Source of the DNA: a virus
Direction: 5' to 3' (one strand)
Length of the DNA: 64,000 bases
IMG/VR virus record: IMGVR_UViG_3300034101_005931
Span: 22,259 to 86,258 of that record
The stretch's first letter is position 1; every line of letters begins with the position of its first letter. Under the pieces are notes generated by a model. That model did not search any database. It was not told the origin of the DNA and worked only from the letters and a program-made list of their open reading frames with translations. The position numbers and the translations under genes are program-made. This document shows, one piece after another, positions 8,436-18,323 of this stretch.

Positions 8436-10748
8436 TTAAATAATCTCACATGCACCACCGGAGCATGCTTGAGCTGCGAGTGTATCGATATCTACATGCT
8501 CGGCTCGTTCTTCTATAGTGATTTCCCAATCGATTTCTTTATACTCTCTCTTGAGATCACACCAGACTTTCCAGAGATGGACGTGTTTTAAGCAGTATGT
8601 ACATGTACGTACATCGCCTTCAAAATACCTTACTGCAAATTGTTTAGCTCTACGAATCCAATCGTACTTGTTAAACCATGAATCGTATGCCTCCTTAGCA
8701 AGAAAATATTCTGCTAAAGCTTTATTAGATCTGTTATTTGGGTATTCAGGCTTAACCATGTCTTCTGGTTTAGCTAATTTTTCACCATAACCATTTAAAG
8801 CATCACATGCCTTCCAGAGATCTTGAAACGCTTTAAGCCCATCAACAATTACACCTGAAGCAAATACAGCTGCATCACCGTATTCTCTTACAATTTCATT
8901 TGGTGTGAGTACAGTAGAAAACGGAGCTTGGTTATAATCTAAATCACCAGAAGCCGGTAGTAATGAAATGCCTGCAAACCATTTTTGGTTATCAAAGATA
9001 AACTTCTCTACATCATCCCACTCTTCATCTTTGACTGTGATAGTATTAGAAATATTATGACGGATATAAGGCTGAGCACAAAGATCTACATTAGTACCGG
9101 CTTCTACCCAGTTTTGTTGAGCTACTAGAACATTTTTAAGTAAATCAACAGCCCCTAATTGATTCTTTGTAATAGCACCTTGTGGTACCTCACATAAGAA
9201 TGAAATGACTTTGTCAGTCTTATTTGTAGACCAAACAGACTCCTCTACAGCTACAGGATTCTGTCTTTCGAATTCTTGAAGACAGAACTCGGTTTTGTTA
9301 GCCTGTACTCTACGAATATATCTACGAGCGTGGTGAGGGTGAATGCCTGATGAAGTGCCGAGAATACAGGAAGTCGATCCTGCTGGTTTAGTACAAGTTG
9401 TACGCGCTGATTGATTAATACCCAAAAGCTGAGCTACCTTTTTATTAACCTTTTTTACTTCTTTAGCGCCTTTTTTCTGTATTTCAGGATTCAGAAGAAT
9501 TTCTGGGTTATCCATAATACCGGTAATAGATACGCCGAGAAGAGCTTCTCTTTGAACTATCTCCTTAGTAGCTTCAGTGAGATATTTAAAATCAGTATAG
9601 CCTGCCTGTAATGTACCAATAATGGAAGCTGCTCTACAACATTGTAGAAAATTCTCTTCTGTATCGCAGAAGCGTCCGTTGATTTCTGTCAAATTACAAA
9701 ACTCCCAACCAGACCTGCCATCCGCAGTTTTGGGATACAGAGCAATTTCTACACAAGGATTATAGCAGATATCAACATCGCTCAACCAAACAAAGCCCGG
9801 TTCACCAAATTGCTTTGTACTTTGCATTAGTTCGCGAAACTGCTCTTTGGTTACTTGTCCTTTAAGAAGAGCTGCACTATTATTGCTTCTACCTCTTTGA
9901 GGATTAGTAATAAACCAATCACCTGTCTTAGCTGTAGCCATCTCCTTATCCTCTAAGGAGAAAAGACAAAGTGTTGCTGAACGACGGACACCACCTGATA
10001 ACACAGCATCACCGATATGCATAATAATATCATAGCAATTGATAGGACGAAGCTTCCCTGCCCATTCATCAGTTTTGAATTCTGGACTATTAATACGTTT
10101 TTCAATTAACGCTTCAATTTTCTGCATTGAATTAAATAACCCCTCTGGACCAGGAGCTAAAAACTGATTAGCAACTAATGTGCCCTTCGGTCTTATTTCA
10201 CTATAATCAAATACAACTGTTTTACCTTTATACTCTTTCCATTCTTCATCATTCGAATCAAAATATGATGCCATTAAAACACCAACAGCATCAGACCACC
10301 CTTCAATTGAGTCACCTACTATATGTGTTTTAGAGGAGCTTGATCTTTTTTTGATGTTAGGAAGTTTTTGAATGTGAGGGTATTGAACAGAGAAACCAAC
10401 ACCGCAACCGCAAAGAAGGACATACAAAGCTTCTGCAAAGACACGCTGACGATCAATATGAGTGGCAGAGCAATTATATAGGCGTACATTATGTTTTAAG
10501 ATAGGTGCACCTCCAAACTGTAAAGTACGCTGAGCTGCTAGTACTCTTTTTTTCTTTTGCTGCTCTTCTGCAAAATCTATTTCTTCTGCCAACTGCGGTT
10601 CCTTTTGCAATTGATCCTTATAATAAAGTCTGTGCATATTATAGACTCGCTCAACTGCTTCGGACCACGTCTCTCTGCGTTTATGCTCCGGTAAATAATG
10701 TGAATATCTAGAATAAAACGTGTAATCGGAAAGTGACTTTAGACTCAT
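8436..10748 (-). CDS. nrdJ: class II (adenosylcobalamin-dependent) ribonucleotide reductase
   Basis: YNCS, GCGVGFS, GGVRRSA, GEPG, NPCVEI, FCNLTEIN, KPAGSTS, C-terminal CSGGAC. Confidence 0.95.
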   Translation of the reverse strand: MSLKSLSDYTFYSRYSHYLPEHKRRETWSEAVERVYNMHRLYYKDQLQKEPQLAEEIDFAEEQQKKKRVLAAQRTLQFGGAPILKHNVRLYNCSATHIDRQRVFAEALYVLLCGCGVGFSVQYPHIQKLPNIKKRSSSSKTHIVGDSIEGWSDAVGVLMASYFDSNDEEWKEYKGKTVVFDYSEIRPKGTLVANQFLAPGPEGLFNSMQKIEALIEKRINSPEFKTDEWAGKLRPINCYDIIMHIGDAVLSGGVRRSATLCLFSLEDKEMATAKTGDWFITNPQRGRSNNSAALLKGQVTKEQFRELMQSTKQFGEPGFVWLSDVDICYNPCVEIALYPKTADGRSGWEFCNLTEINGRFCDTEENFLQCCRAASIIGTLQAGYTDFKYLTEATKEIVQREALLGVSITGIMDNPEILLNPEIQKKGAKEVKKVNKKVAQLLGINQSARTTCTKPAGSTSCILGTSSGIHPHHARRYIRRVQANKTEFCLQEFERQNPVAVEESVWSTNKTDKVISFLCEVPQGAITKNQLGAVDLLKNVLVAQQNWVEAGTNVDLCAQPYIRHNISNTITVKDEEWDDVEKFIFDNQKWFAGISLLPASGDLDYNQAPFSTVLTPNEIVREYGDAAVFASGVIVDGLKAFQDLWKACDALNGYGEKLAKPEDMVKPEYPNNRSNKALAEYFLAKEAYDSWFNKYDWIRRAKQFAVRYFEGDVRTCTYCLKHVHLWKVWCDLKREYKEIDWEITIEERAEHVDIDTLAAQACSGGACEII

Positions 10749-10860
10749 AATAGTGAAAGGTATTTTATGATAGTATTTACAAAATGAAACTGAAAATACG
10801 ATCTTTTAAAAATTAAAAGTTATAAAAAGTTTTAAATATTGATTTTTTAATAGTTCCAAT

Positions 10861-10868
10861 TATAAATA
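10861..10868 (+). promoter_or_regulatory. T4-type late promoter TATAAATA for hsp20
   Basis: Exact T4 late consensus; the related TAAATA/TAAGTA sits shortly before many other start codons. Confidence 0.65.
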
Positions 10869-10939
10869 ATGTTGCTCTGGTGCTCATTCTAGAGGCTAGA
10901 ACTCATTAACCTTGTCTAAAAGAAAGGAAACAAAAACAT

Positions 10940-11455
10940 ATGAGTAATACAAACATGATAACAATACCGGAAGGATCCGGATACACAGTAGGTCGCGTGG
11001 AGTGGTCTCCATTGCAGGTAGCTCGTCAACTACCTGCGCTGTTTAGCGATCATTGGCTCGCTGATCTGTTCGATGGAATAGATATTCCAGCAAAAGCGTT
11101 TGATGTCCCAGGGACTCACTATCCTTATGATGTCAAAGTGCTCACCAATAACGAAGGTGAGGTCTACAGATATGAAATTGATGTAGCTCTTGCCGGAATC
11201 GGTAAAGAAGGTATCAAAGTCAAAGTAAAAGATGGTTATTTGACTATTGATATTAGTAAAGAAGAGGTCGAAGAAAAATCGCATATCAAATATGCGAGAA
11301 AAGGAATCAGCAAAAGAAAGGCTACAATGTCGTTTCACCTAGCTGAAAACGTAGATGTCAAAAGCATCTCGTCCGATTACAAGGATGGTTTACTCAAGGT
11401 TACCGTCCCTGTAAAGCAGCCTGAGGTCTACAACGTAGATATAAAGGTTGACTGA
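10940..11455 (+). CDS. small heat shock protein Hsp20 (alpha-crystallin domain)
   Basis: YPYDV, EIDVALAG, RKGISKR, YKDGLLKVTVP; AGAAAGGA Shine-Dalgarno. Confidence 0.92.
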   Translation: MSNTNMITIPEGSGYTVGRVEWSPLQVARQLPALFSDHWLADLFDGIDIPAKAFDVPGTHYPYDVKVLTNNEGEVYRYEIDVALAGIGKEGIKVKVKDGYLTIDISKEEVEEKSHIKYARKGISKRKATMSFHLAENVDVKSISSDYKDGLLKVTVPVKQPEVYNVDIKVD

Positions 11456-11556
11456 TTAGTTTTTAGTTTCTGCTTGAGCACCAGAGGCATTTAATAAATA
11501 TTTGAGTCTAAGTTATCTCTGTCGCGGGAATAAGAGTTTTCGCGAAGGAGGTAAAT

Positions 11557-11664
11557 ATGACAACAATAATAACAGCTATTACAATCTACAACATAAGCGT
11601 ATTGTTTATTGGGTATTTTGTAATGCTCACAGAAGTGTTTGACAGACCCACTCGTAGTAAATGA
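11557..11664 (+). CDS. 35-aa single-helix membrane peptide
   Basis: Hand-translated MTTIITAITIYNISVLFIGYFVMLTEVFDRPTRSK; perfect AAGGAGGT SD; terminator downstream. Confidence 0.65.
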   Translation: MTTIITAITIYNISVLFIGYFVMLTEVFDRPTRSK

Positions 11665-11683
11665 GTTTGGCAGACATTTTTGG

Positions 11684-11714
11684 ATAAAGGCGGCATTGCC
11701 GCCTTTATTTTTTT
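11684..11714 (+). terminator. Rho-independent terminator
   Basis: ataaaggcggca/tgccgcctttat inverted repeat followed by a T-tract. Confidence 0.85.
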
Positions 11715-11749
11715 CTTGATGAGATAGGAATTTCCTTTATTATATTTAC

Positions 11750-12016
11750 ATGACTTGTGCAAACTGTAGTTTGTTTATCGAACCTGAACGTATTAAAATG
11801 TTACCAAATACAAAAGTGTGTTCTACATGCGCTCAGCAATACATTAAACTAAAGCCTAAAAAAGGTATCATGATATACGGTCATAAAACTGCAGGTGAAA
11901 TGCAGGTGGTGTCCGTAGAAAATTTTAGAGACTATCGCAGATTAAATCCTTACGGAAGACATACAGGCCGCGGGTCAGGCATTCATCGAGTCTCAAAAGC
12001 AACAGAATACGTTTAA
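11750..12016 (+). CDS. TraR/DksA-type C4 zinc-finger protein
   Basis: CANC...IEPERIKMLPNTKVCSTC. Confidence 0.7.
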   Translation: MTCANCSLFIEPERIKMLPNTKVCSTCAQQYIKLKPKKGIMIYGHKTAGEMQVVSVENFRDYRRLNPYGRHTGRGSGIHRVSKATEYV

Positions 12017-12405
12017 TGGTTAACTATATTATAGAGAGTGCAGGCTCCCCTGATAGTGAGAAAAATGATTGTACTGTTCGTGCATTGGCTATTGCGACTG
12101 AAACACCATATATAAAAGCATATGCTAAGTTAGCTACTGCAGGACGAAAACGTAATAGAGGTTTTCATATATGTAAAATATTAAAATCTGGCACAGTTCA
12201 CTTTAATCATGTTTTTAAAAAACTAAAATTTCGTAAAGCAATTACTTTACAAAAGTTTATTCAAAAGTATCCTACAGGCACTTTTTATGTACAAAAATAT
12301 GCACATGTTTTTGTAATTAGAGACAGTGTAGTATTAGATACATATAGGCCGGGACCCTATACTCGTATCACTAAAGCTTGGGAAGTTACAAGATTGCAAT
12401 CATAA
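12016..12405 (+). CDS. phage hypothetical protein (DCTVRA motif)
   Basis: NDCTVRALAIAT...H...D, possible Cys-His-Asp triad. Confidence 0.7.
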   Translation: MVNYIIESAGSPDSEKNDCTVRALAIATETPYIKAYAKLATAGRKRNRGFHICKILKSGTVHFNHVFKKLKFRKAITLQKFIQKYPTGTFYVQKYAHVFVIRDSVVLDTYRPGPYTRITKAWEVTRLQS

Positions 12406-12428
12406 AAATCTATTATAAATTAAGTTAT

Positions 12429-12989
12429 ATGCCTAATCTTGACCCGGTACAGCTTAAACAAATTTTTACAACCACAAAGAGAAGCAAAGATTTTTTTACT
12501 AAGTCATTCAAGTCGTTTGTAGAAACAGGTACACATGTGGGGTCAACTATCATAGCTCTGCATCCTTATTTTGAAAAACTATATACAATCGAAATAGCAG
12601 AACAACTGTATAATACATGTAAAAATGAATTTGAGAGACGAAAGATAAACAACGTAGAGCTTGTCATGGGAGATTCTGCGAAAATAATTCCGGAGTTTAT
12701 TCGAAAAATTAATACTGATACTGTTTTTTGGCTTGATGGTCACTGGTCGGGAGGTGCAACAGGCAAGGGTGATAAAGATGTGCCCCTTTTAGAAGAAATA
12801 AAGTCAATAAATGATTTTCCTTATAAAGCTGGTATTATCATTGACGATGCAAGATTATTTGGAACTAGTATAAATGAAGACTGGTCAGAAATTACCGAAC
12901 ATAACATTATTAATGTACTGCATGATAGTAGAGTAGAAGATTATTATTATTGTAATGACAGATTTGTCATACTCTATAATCAAATATAA
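12429..12989 (+). CDS. class I SAM-dependent methyltransferase-like protein
   Basis: FVETGTHVG, TIEI, GDS, FWLDGH, IIDD. Confidence 0.75.
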   Translation: MPNLDPVQLKQIFTTTKRSKDFFTKSFKSFVETGTHVGSTIIALHPYFEKLYTIEIAEQLYNTCKNEFERRKINNVELVMGDSAKIIPEFIRKINTDTVFWLDGHWSGGATGKGDKDVPLLEEIKSINDFPYKAGIIIDDARLFGTSINEDWSEITEHNIINVLHDSRVEDYYYCNDRFVILYNQI

Positions 12990-12991
12990 AC

Positions 12992-13351
12992 ATGTCCGCT
13001 TCTAACGATAATCTATATAAAATGTTTGGACCTACGTCCTGTTCACCTGATGAGATGTATCAACCAGTAGCAAAAAATTATTTTATTGTAGGTTATAATA
13101 TAAAAGACGACAGGCATCGATCCTTTGGTTTTTTCCAAACGCTTGTTGGGGCAAGAAAAACTATACTTTCACAGTGGAAAGATATGGAGGAGTGTTACTA
13201 TGATGCATTTTTTATAGAAGAGTTTAGCGAAGGTATTTTTAAAATCGGTAATATTGAGGAGTATTATGAAATTAATATGGAAACACGTTCTCTAGTTAAA
13301 AAAGATGTACCTCTTGTTTTAAGAACCCGGGTTAATTGGTCAATAGGATAA
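12992..13351 (+). CDS. hypothetical protein
   Basis: Tightly packed ORF in operon. Confidence 0.65.
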   Translation: MSASNDNLYKMFGPTSCSPDEMYQPVAKNYFIVGYNIKDDRHRSFGFFQTLVGARKTILSQWKDMEECYYDAFFIEEFSEGIFKIGNIEEYYEINMETRSLVKKDVPLVLRTRVNWSIG

Positions 13352-13353
13352 TT

Positions 13354-14193
13354 ATGAATACACACGCATTATCATTTACAGTCAACAGTATCGAAAAAAA
13401 CTTCGATGTAGAAGCAGAGCATTTTAAGCGGGGGTTGAATGAAATTCAGTTGCAGGACCCTCTTTTTGATGAACCTTCTTTTTTGAAAAACGGCTATATG
13501 ATAGCCAAGGTACCAGAGATGTGGCATGAAACAATTATTAGCTCTATTAAGAGCTATATACTTAACGCTTTAAATGTAAATGGAGTCAATCCCGAGAATT
13601 TTCAACTAGATCAATATCACACCTATGTAAATGATAAAATACATCAAAAAGTAGTCGATAGTTTTCGTGGAGGAATGGATGGCTATAATGGTATTCCAAT
13701 CGAACAATTAAATATACCAATACCAGATATTGACTCTTTTATTAATAAAACAATTCAAAGCAATAGACCGGTTTCTATACATGTACAAAAGTTAGGATTA
13801 TCTATTAAAAAATTTTGGATAAGAATAATACGACCTAATACAAACGACAATAATCCACCGCATAAAGACAGCCATTTAGAGAGAAATAGAAATATGGTTA
13901 TATCTTTTTACCCGATTGTAGGTTGCAACGAAAAATCCTCATTACCTATTATACCTGGCTCACATCTAGAACCAGAAAGTGAATATATAGTATCTTCTTC
14001 ACCTTCTTTTGTAGACAAAAAAGAGTTTAATGTACCTGCAATTGTTCATAGAAATAAGGGATTAAATTTAATAACACCTAATCCTAAAGAAGGTGAAATA
14101 TTAATTTTTACACCCGAACTTATTCATGGCGGTGGGGTCAATTTAAATACCAATATTACACGTATTTCACTAGAAATGCGATACTTTAATTAA
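13354..14193 (+). CDS. PhyH-like 2OG-Fe(II) dioxygenase
   Basis: PPHKD, IPGSH, LIHGGG, TRISLEMR. Confidence 0.85.
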   Translation: MNTHALSFTVNSIEKNFDVEAEHFKRGLNEIQLQDPLFDEPSFLKNGYMIAKVPEMWHETIISSIKSYILNALNVNGVNPENFQLDQYHTYVNDKIHQKVVDSFRGGMDGYNGIPIEQLNIPIPDIDSFINKTIQSNRPVSIHVQKLGLSIKKFWIRIIRPNTNDNNPPHKDSHLERNRNMVISFYPIVGCNEKSSLPIIPGSHLEPESEYIVSSSPSFVDKKEFNVPAIVHRNKGLNLITPNPKEGEILIFTPELIHGGGVNLNTNITRISLEMRYFN

Positions 14194-14223
14194 TCTCACA
14201 TTTAGTGCCATAAATATATATGT

Positions 14224-14910
14224 ATGGCTAATGTAAGAATTAAAGATTTACCACTTAATGTACCGACAAGACAGAGCTGGCTACCTTTTGAAGTAATAAC
14301 TTCAGGTGCATATACTACATCAAGAGCGACACTTTCTTCTATTATTGCTATTGGATCTAATGCATTATGGCAATCTGCTAGCACAACAGTTAGTGCATTG
14401 AGTTCAAATTGGCAAAATAATACTACTAGCTATACCAATGATAAGCCTGTATTATCAAGCGGTTATTTAACGACAAAAGCCTTTAGTGGATTTTGGTTAG
14501 ATGCCTATAATTTTGTTAATGCTGGTAAAAATACTTGGGATACAGGAGCTGTGCGTGCAGCACGTGCATATACTACTGTGCAAGATCTAAGTACATCATG
14601 GACAAGTGCAAGATCAACGGTATCAGCGCTTTCAGCTCGATGGGAGACCAGTTACACAACATTTTACGGAATTAGTGCAAATCTTCCTCGAAAATTTGCT
14701 ACTACGTTTGGAAACGGGATTAATAATCCTAATACTATAACACATAACTTAAACACAAGAGATGTGATAATAAGCGTAGCGTTAAATGCACCGCCATACA
14801 CCGTTACACTGCCTTCTGTGATTACATGCGATACGGTAAATACTGTCTCTATTACAATGCCATCTACACCAACAACTAATCAATATAGAGCTACAATTAT
14901 TTCTGCGTAA
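14224..14910 (+). CDS. putative virion fibre/structural protein
   Basis: MANVRIKDLP start, Ser/Thr-rich heptads, ITHNLNTRDV module; TAAATA upstream. Confidence 0.6.
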   Translation: MANVRIKDLPLNVPTRQSWLPFEVITSGAYTTSRATLSSIIAIGSNALWQSASTTVSALSSNWQNNTTSYTNDKPVLSSGYLTTKAFSGFWLDAYNFVNAGKNTWDTGAVRAARAYTTVQDLSTSWTSARSTVSALSARWETSYTTFYGISANLPRKFATTFGNGINNPNTITHNLNTRDVIISVALNAPPYTVTLPSVITCDTVNTVSITMPSTPTTNQYRATIISA

Positions 14911-15167
14911 TGATTACGTTTAACAGCTTTTATACCGAAAACAATAAACCTAATACCATTAAAAAAGGAGATAAGGTTATTGATACTAATGCTAAATGTA
15001 AGCACTATAAAAGTGAAGGTAAAGTAACAAAGGTAAAACAACTTAAGGACTCAAAAGGTAATACTGTAGGTAATACAATATGTTATAAATGTTCTAATTC
15101 TGGCAACTCATGGGATAAAGGCGAAGAACTAGAAAAAACTGAGATACAGCTTAAAAGAAATAATTAA
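14910..15167 (+). CDS. small SH3-like protein with capsid-targeting-like N-terminus
   Basis: MITFNSFYTE; IKKGDKV..CKHYKSEGKV. Confidence 0.6.
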   Translation: MITFNSFYTENNKPNTIKKGDKVIDTNAKCKHYKSEGKVTKVKQLKDSKGNTVGNTICYKCSNSGNSWDKGEELEKTEIQLKRNN

Positions 15168-15293
15168 AAAAACGACTTATTACAGCTTCTAGTATCGTTT
15201 TTTCTAATCATATAAGCAATTTCACTTATATCTTGTTTTAAGATGGTTGTGAAGTATAGGAAGAGTGTGTGTAAGAATATTCTCATTTAAAGA

Positions 15294-15479
15294 CTACTTG
15301 CCTTTGTTTTTTTTACCGGGCTTGCGGCCAACTTTTGCTTTTTTGACTGCTGTTTTAACTTGTTTTTCTTTTGTCGCTTTGACAGGACGGCTAAGAAACC
15401 CTTTAATATTGTTAAGTAGATCTGTAAAAAGACCGCTCACAACTGATAAGATTTTCATATATATATTTATTCTTTTCAC
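15294..15479 (-). CDS. small Lys-rich protein
   Basis: Basic C-terminal tail; true start probably MKILS. Confidence 0.45.
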   Translation of the reverse strand: MKRINIYMKILSVVSGLFTDLLNNIKGFLSRPVKATKEKQVKTAVKKAKVGRKPGKKNKGK

Positions 15480-15533
15480 CAGTGAAAACCATAAAAATAT
15501 GAGCTGTCTAATTTAAGGGCTGATACTACAATA

Positions 15534-16271
15534 CTAATATTGTAGATCAAATGTTTTTTCAAACGCTTTATTATCGGCTTTATATGACTCCAGGGATTCT
15601 AAATTAGCGTTTGCAGAATATTGCCAGTGCCAGCTTATTTCATCGGGAACTTTAAAACCAAAAAATTTATATACATCTTTTTGCATATCTACAACTTCTT
15701 TGCCTCTCCAGTTGTGACCCACTGTAACAATACCCGCTTTAATGTTACCTACAATATTACCTTCCTCAAGGCTAGTTTTTCTGTTTTCAATCCAGTTAAG
15801 ACGTTCTATTAATTTTTGATATATACCATTCATTTGACCCCAACGAATAGGACCAAAAAATATAACAGCTGATGAATTAAAAAGTGATTTCGAAATCTTC
15901 CACAACTCGTCCTTTTCATTACCAAAAGAAACCCAGCATCTATGATAACCTGAAGGGTTCTTTTCTTTATCTTTTAAAAGAGCGCCCTTTAATCCACAAG
16001 TATTACCTTCAGCAGATGATACATTACCTACACAAGGAAGTATGTTAAGTGCCGCAGCGTCAACAATTTCACATTTGTTCGAACCTATCCTACTTTGTAT
16101 AAATCGTGCTAGTTGGGTACTTTTTGGTATATCTTCTTTTTTATGATCAGGTCTTGTAGATGTAGTTATAAGCAAAACACGTTTTTCGCCTTCTAGATAA
16201 GCTATAGTTTTCGAAAGGTTAGAGTCAGTAACCTTAGCTTCAGCTATTAAGTAATCTGAAAATTTAAGCAT
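15534..16271 (-). CDS. flavodoxin-like / NAD(P)H-dependent FMN reductase family protein
   Basis: TTSTR, ILPCVG, AVIFFGPIRWG, QKLIERL; N-terminus MLKFSDYLIAE. Confidence 0.8.
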   Translation of the reverse strand: MLKFSDYLIAEAKVTDSNLSKTIAYLEGEKRVLLITTSTRPDHKKEDIPKSTQLARFIQSRIGSNKCEIVDAAALNILPCVGNVSSAEGNTCGLKGALLKDKEKNPSGYHRCWVSFGNEKDELWKISKSLFNSSAVIFFGPIRWGQMNGIYQKLIERLNWIENRKTSLEEGNIVGNIKAGIVTVGHNWRGKEVVDMQKDVYKFFGFKVPDEISWHWQYSANANLESLESYKADNKAFEKTFDLQY

Positions 16272-16325
16272 ATACCACTAACTATTTATTTAATACTGTA
16301 TAATTATGCAAAGTATGTTTATAGC

Positions 16326-16435
16326 TTATAAACAAAAGCTGCTCCGTATAGTAACGTCAGTGACGTTATAGGACCATTAAATGAGAAGTTAACAGGTAAT
16401 TCAAATGCTGTTAACTGACCAACTGTTGAAGAGCT
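16326..16435. repeat. 110-bp direct repeat, copy 1
   Basis: Identical to 17712-17821 (3' end of the 182-aa gene). Confidence 0.95.
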
Positions 16436-16625
16436 CGCCCATTCCTTCAAGATCGAGGAGCCATTGCTTCACTCGCAGAGTGATATAACCGTCCTCGTCA
16501 GCTTCCATTTCAGGGGGGAAAATGTGTTTACATCTGCCTGTTTTGATAAGCTCGTCTTCAAAAGCCGTATCGACGGCTTGTTGAAACTCTGGGTATATTT
16601 CTTGATGAATTTTATAAGATTTCAT
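16401..16625 (-). CDS. small hypothetical protein, probably truncated at the repeat junction
   Basis: MKSYKIHQ...; its last 11 codons are read out of frame from the repeat. Confidence 0.5.
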   Translation of the reverse strand: MKSYKIHQEIYPEFQQAVDTAFEDELIKTGRCKHIFPPEMEADEDGYITLRVKQWLLDLEGMGELFNSWSVNSI

Positions 16626-17701
16626 AGCGTTATTCCCCATTTAGCGGCAAGGTAATCAATAATTTGGTTAGCAGTTGTTTCATCATGTACAGCACGGTAA
16701 ATCAGAACTTCGGTGTAATTCAAAGCCACAGCTCCCTGTGTTCCGGTGCTATTCGACGCTCCCAACAAAATATCAGACCTATTTGCGGAGGAGGTTCCAA
16801 CACTACCAGACAGGGTTTGATGCGTTTTCTTACTACCAACAATAGCTTCTCCACTATTCCCAACATTGAAACGTGCTGACCAAATGTTATGGTTTGAACC
16901 TGAGCTTTTGGATAAAGTTGAAAGTCTAGATGTTCCGTTGTTAGCACCAATAACCCCCTCAGAAGACCCAATAAACATACCTCTAGGTGCTATTGTGGAG
17001 TTTCCTAGTCGAATAGCGGTTCCAGTTCCCATGTCTGTCCCCACTAAATAGTAAGAGTATTGCTGCGTGAAAGTGGAGAACCCAGAACTTGATAAAACAT
17101 CTCCATTGAAAAACACCGCTTTCCGTCCGTTGACATTAGACTTGAAAACAGGTTGGAGGCTTGCGGAGGATTGGGACAAATTAGGTTTACCGGAAACCAA
17201 GTTGTTCCATTGCGTAACTGTTTCGTCATTTTCCGCAGGGTCATCAACGGTTGTAGCTGTGCGGGTTACAGTTCCATCAGCCCACGTTGCTTGCCAAGGG
17301 TAATCGGTGTCCCCAGAGGCGTAAAAAAAGCTTATAAAAGGGTCGCCCTCATCAGGATTCTCTTGATTTCTTTGCACCCATTGAGAGCCATCCCAATATA
17401 TTTGACTGTTTCCGTTAAAACCTCCTGTCCACTGACGATAATACCTGTTTTTTTCATTTTCTGCCCCCGCTACATCATATACGCCGTTTGATGGAAAGAT
17501 TTGAAACGCAGCCACAACAATACTGGCAGTTTCATCGGTAAAGTTGTTACCAACAAAGTTAAGCACACCCTCGTTAGCATCCAACCAAAGCTCAAGCTCT
17601 GGTAGATCGGTGGGAGAAAAAGGAACTACAGGCGAACCTCCGCCCACAGAAGGTCTACCTATTAGACTCCCTAAACCTAATCCTAAACCTAGTCTTGGCA
17701 T
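16622..17701 (-). CDS. LamG/concanavalin-A-like virion surface protein
   Basis: FSPTDLPELELWLDA, VTQWNN, EVLIY...YLAAKWGI; GC-richer than the flanks. Confidence 0.75.
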   Translation of the reverse strand: MPRLGLGLGLGSLIGRPSVGGGSPVVPFSPTDLPELELWLDANEGVLNFVGNNFTDETASIVVAAFQIFPSNGVYDVAGAENEKNRYYRQWTGGFNGNSQIYWDGSQWVQRNQENPDEGDPFISFFYASGDTDYPWQATWADGTVTRTATTVDDPAENDETVTQWNNLVSGKPNLSQSSASLQPVFKSNVNGRKAVFFNGDVLSSSGFSTFTQQYSYYLVGTDMGTGTAIRLGNSTIAPRGMFIGSSEGVIGANNGTSRLSTLSKSSGSNHNIWSARFNVGNSGEAIVGSKKTHQTLSGSVGTSSANRSDILLGASNSTGTQGAVALNYTEVLIYRAVHDETTANQIIDYLAAKWGITL

Positions 17702-17704
17702 ATT

Positions 17705-18253
17705 TTAGAGTTTATAAACAAAAGCTGCTCCGTATAGTAACGTCAGTGACGTTATAGGACCATTAAATGAGAAGTTAACAGGTAATTCAAATGCTGTTAA
17801 CTGACCAACTGTTGAAGAGCTAGCAGATATAGCAGATATTTTAGCAGCTGAGACAATCTGAACTGTTGTAAAATTACCAGTGGTTGTTTGCCCACCGATA
17901 ATAAAATTAAAACCACCTTGACCTAGCTGCGCGTCGAGACGTGATGAAATAGTATTAAGAAGTGTGTTCGAACGAATTACTAAATTTTCAACATCAGATA
18001 AATTAACGTTAATGTCACTAGCGGACAACGAAACAGTAATATCACTTGCGTTGGTGAGATGTGTGAGAACTGCATACTTAGGATAAACATCTACAGCTGA
18101 ATAAGTCGGTGTACCTGTATTACCAGGAAAAGCAGAAGATCGATCATAATAACCAACCCTTGTTACAGATATAGCAGGGTAATTGGTATCATTTAATGGA
18201 AATTGCTTAAATTTACCGGATTCAGCGGTTTGGTACGCGGTTATAATGGCCAT
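17705..18253 (-). CDS. putative virion structural protein
   Basis: Shares PAISVTRxGYYD..AFP.NTG.PTYSAVDxYPKYAVL domain with 18788-20494. Confidence 0.7.
   Translation of the reverse strand: MAIITAYQTAESGKFKQFPLNDTNYPAISVTRVGYYDRSSAFPGNTGTPTYSAVDVYPKYAVLTHLTNASDITVSLSASDINVNLSDVENLVIRSNTLLNTISSRLDAQLGQGGFNFIIGGQTTTGNFTTVQIVSAAKISAISASSSTVGQLTAFELPVNFSFNGPITSLTLLYGAAFVYKL
17712..17821. repeat. 110-bp direct repeat, copy 2
   Basis: Identical to 16326-16435. Confidence 0.95.
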
Positions 18254-18323
18254 ATGAATATTTATTAAACAGTTGCTATTTTTATAAATATCTCTATACT
18301 TACATTAAGTTCTTTAAAAATTT

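Noticed and set aside
16326-17821. Diversity-generating retroelement TR/VR pair
   Set aside because: The copies are identical with no adenine-specific differences, and there is no reverse transcriptase in the window.
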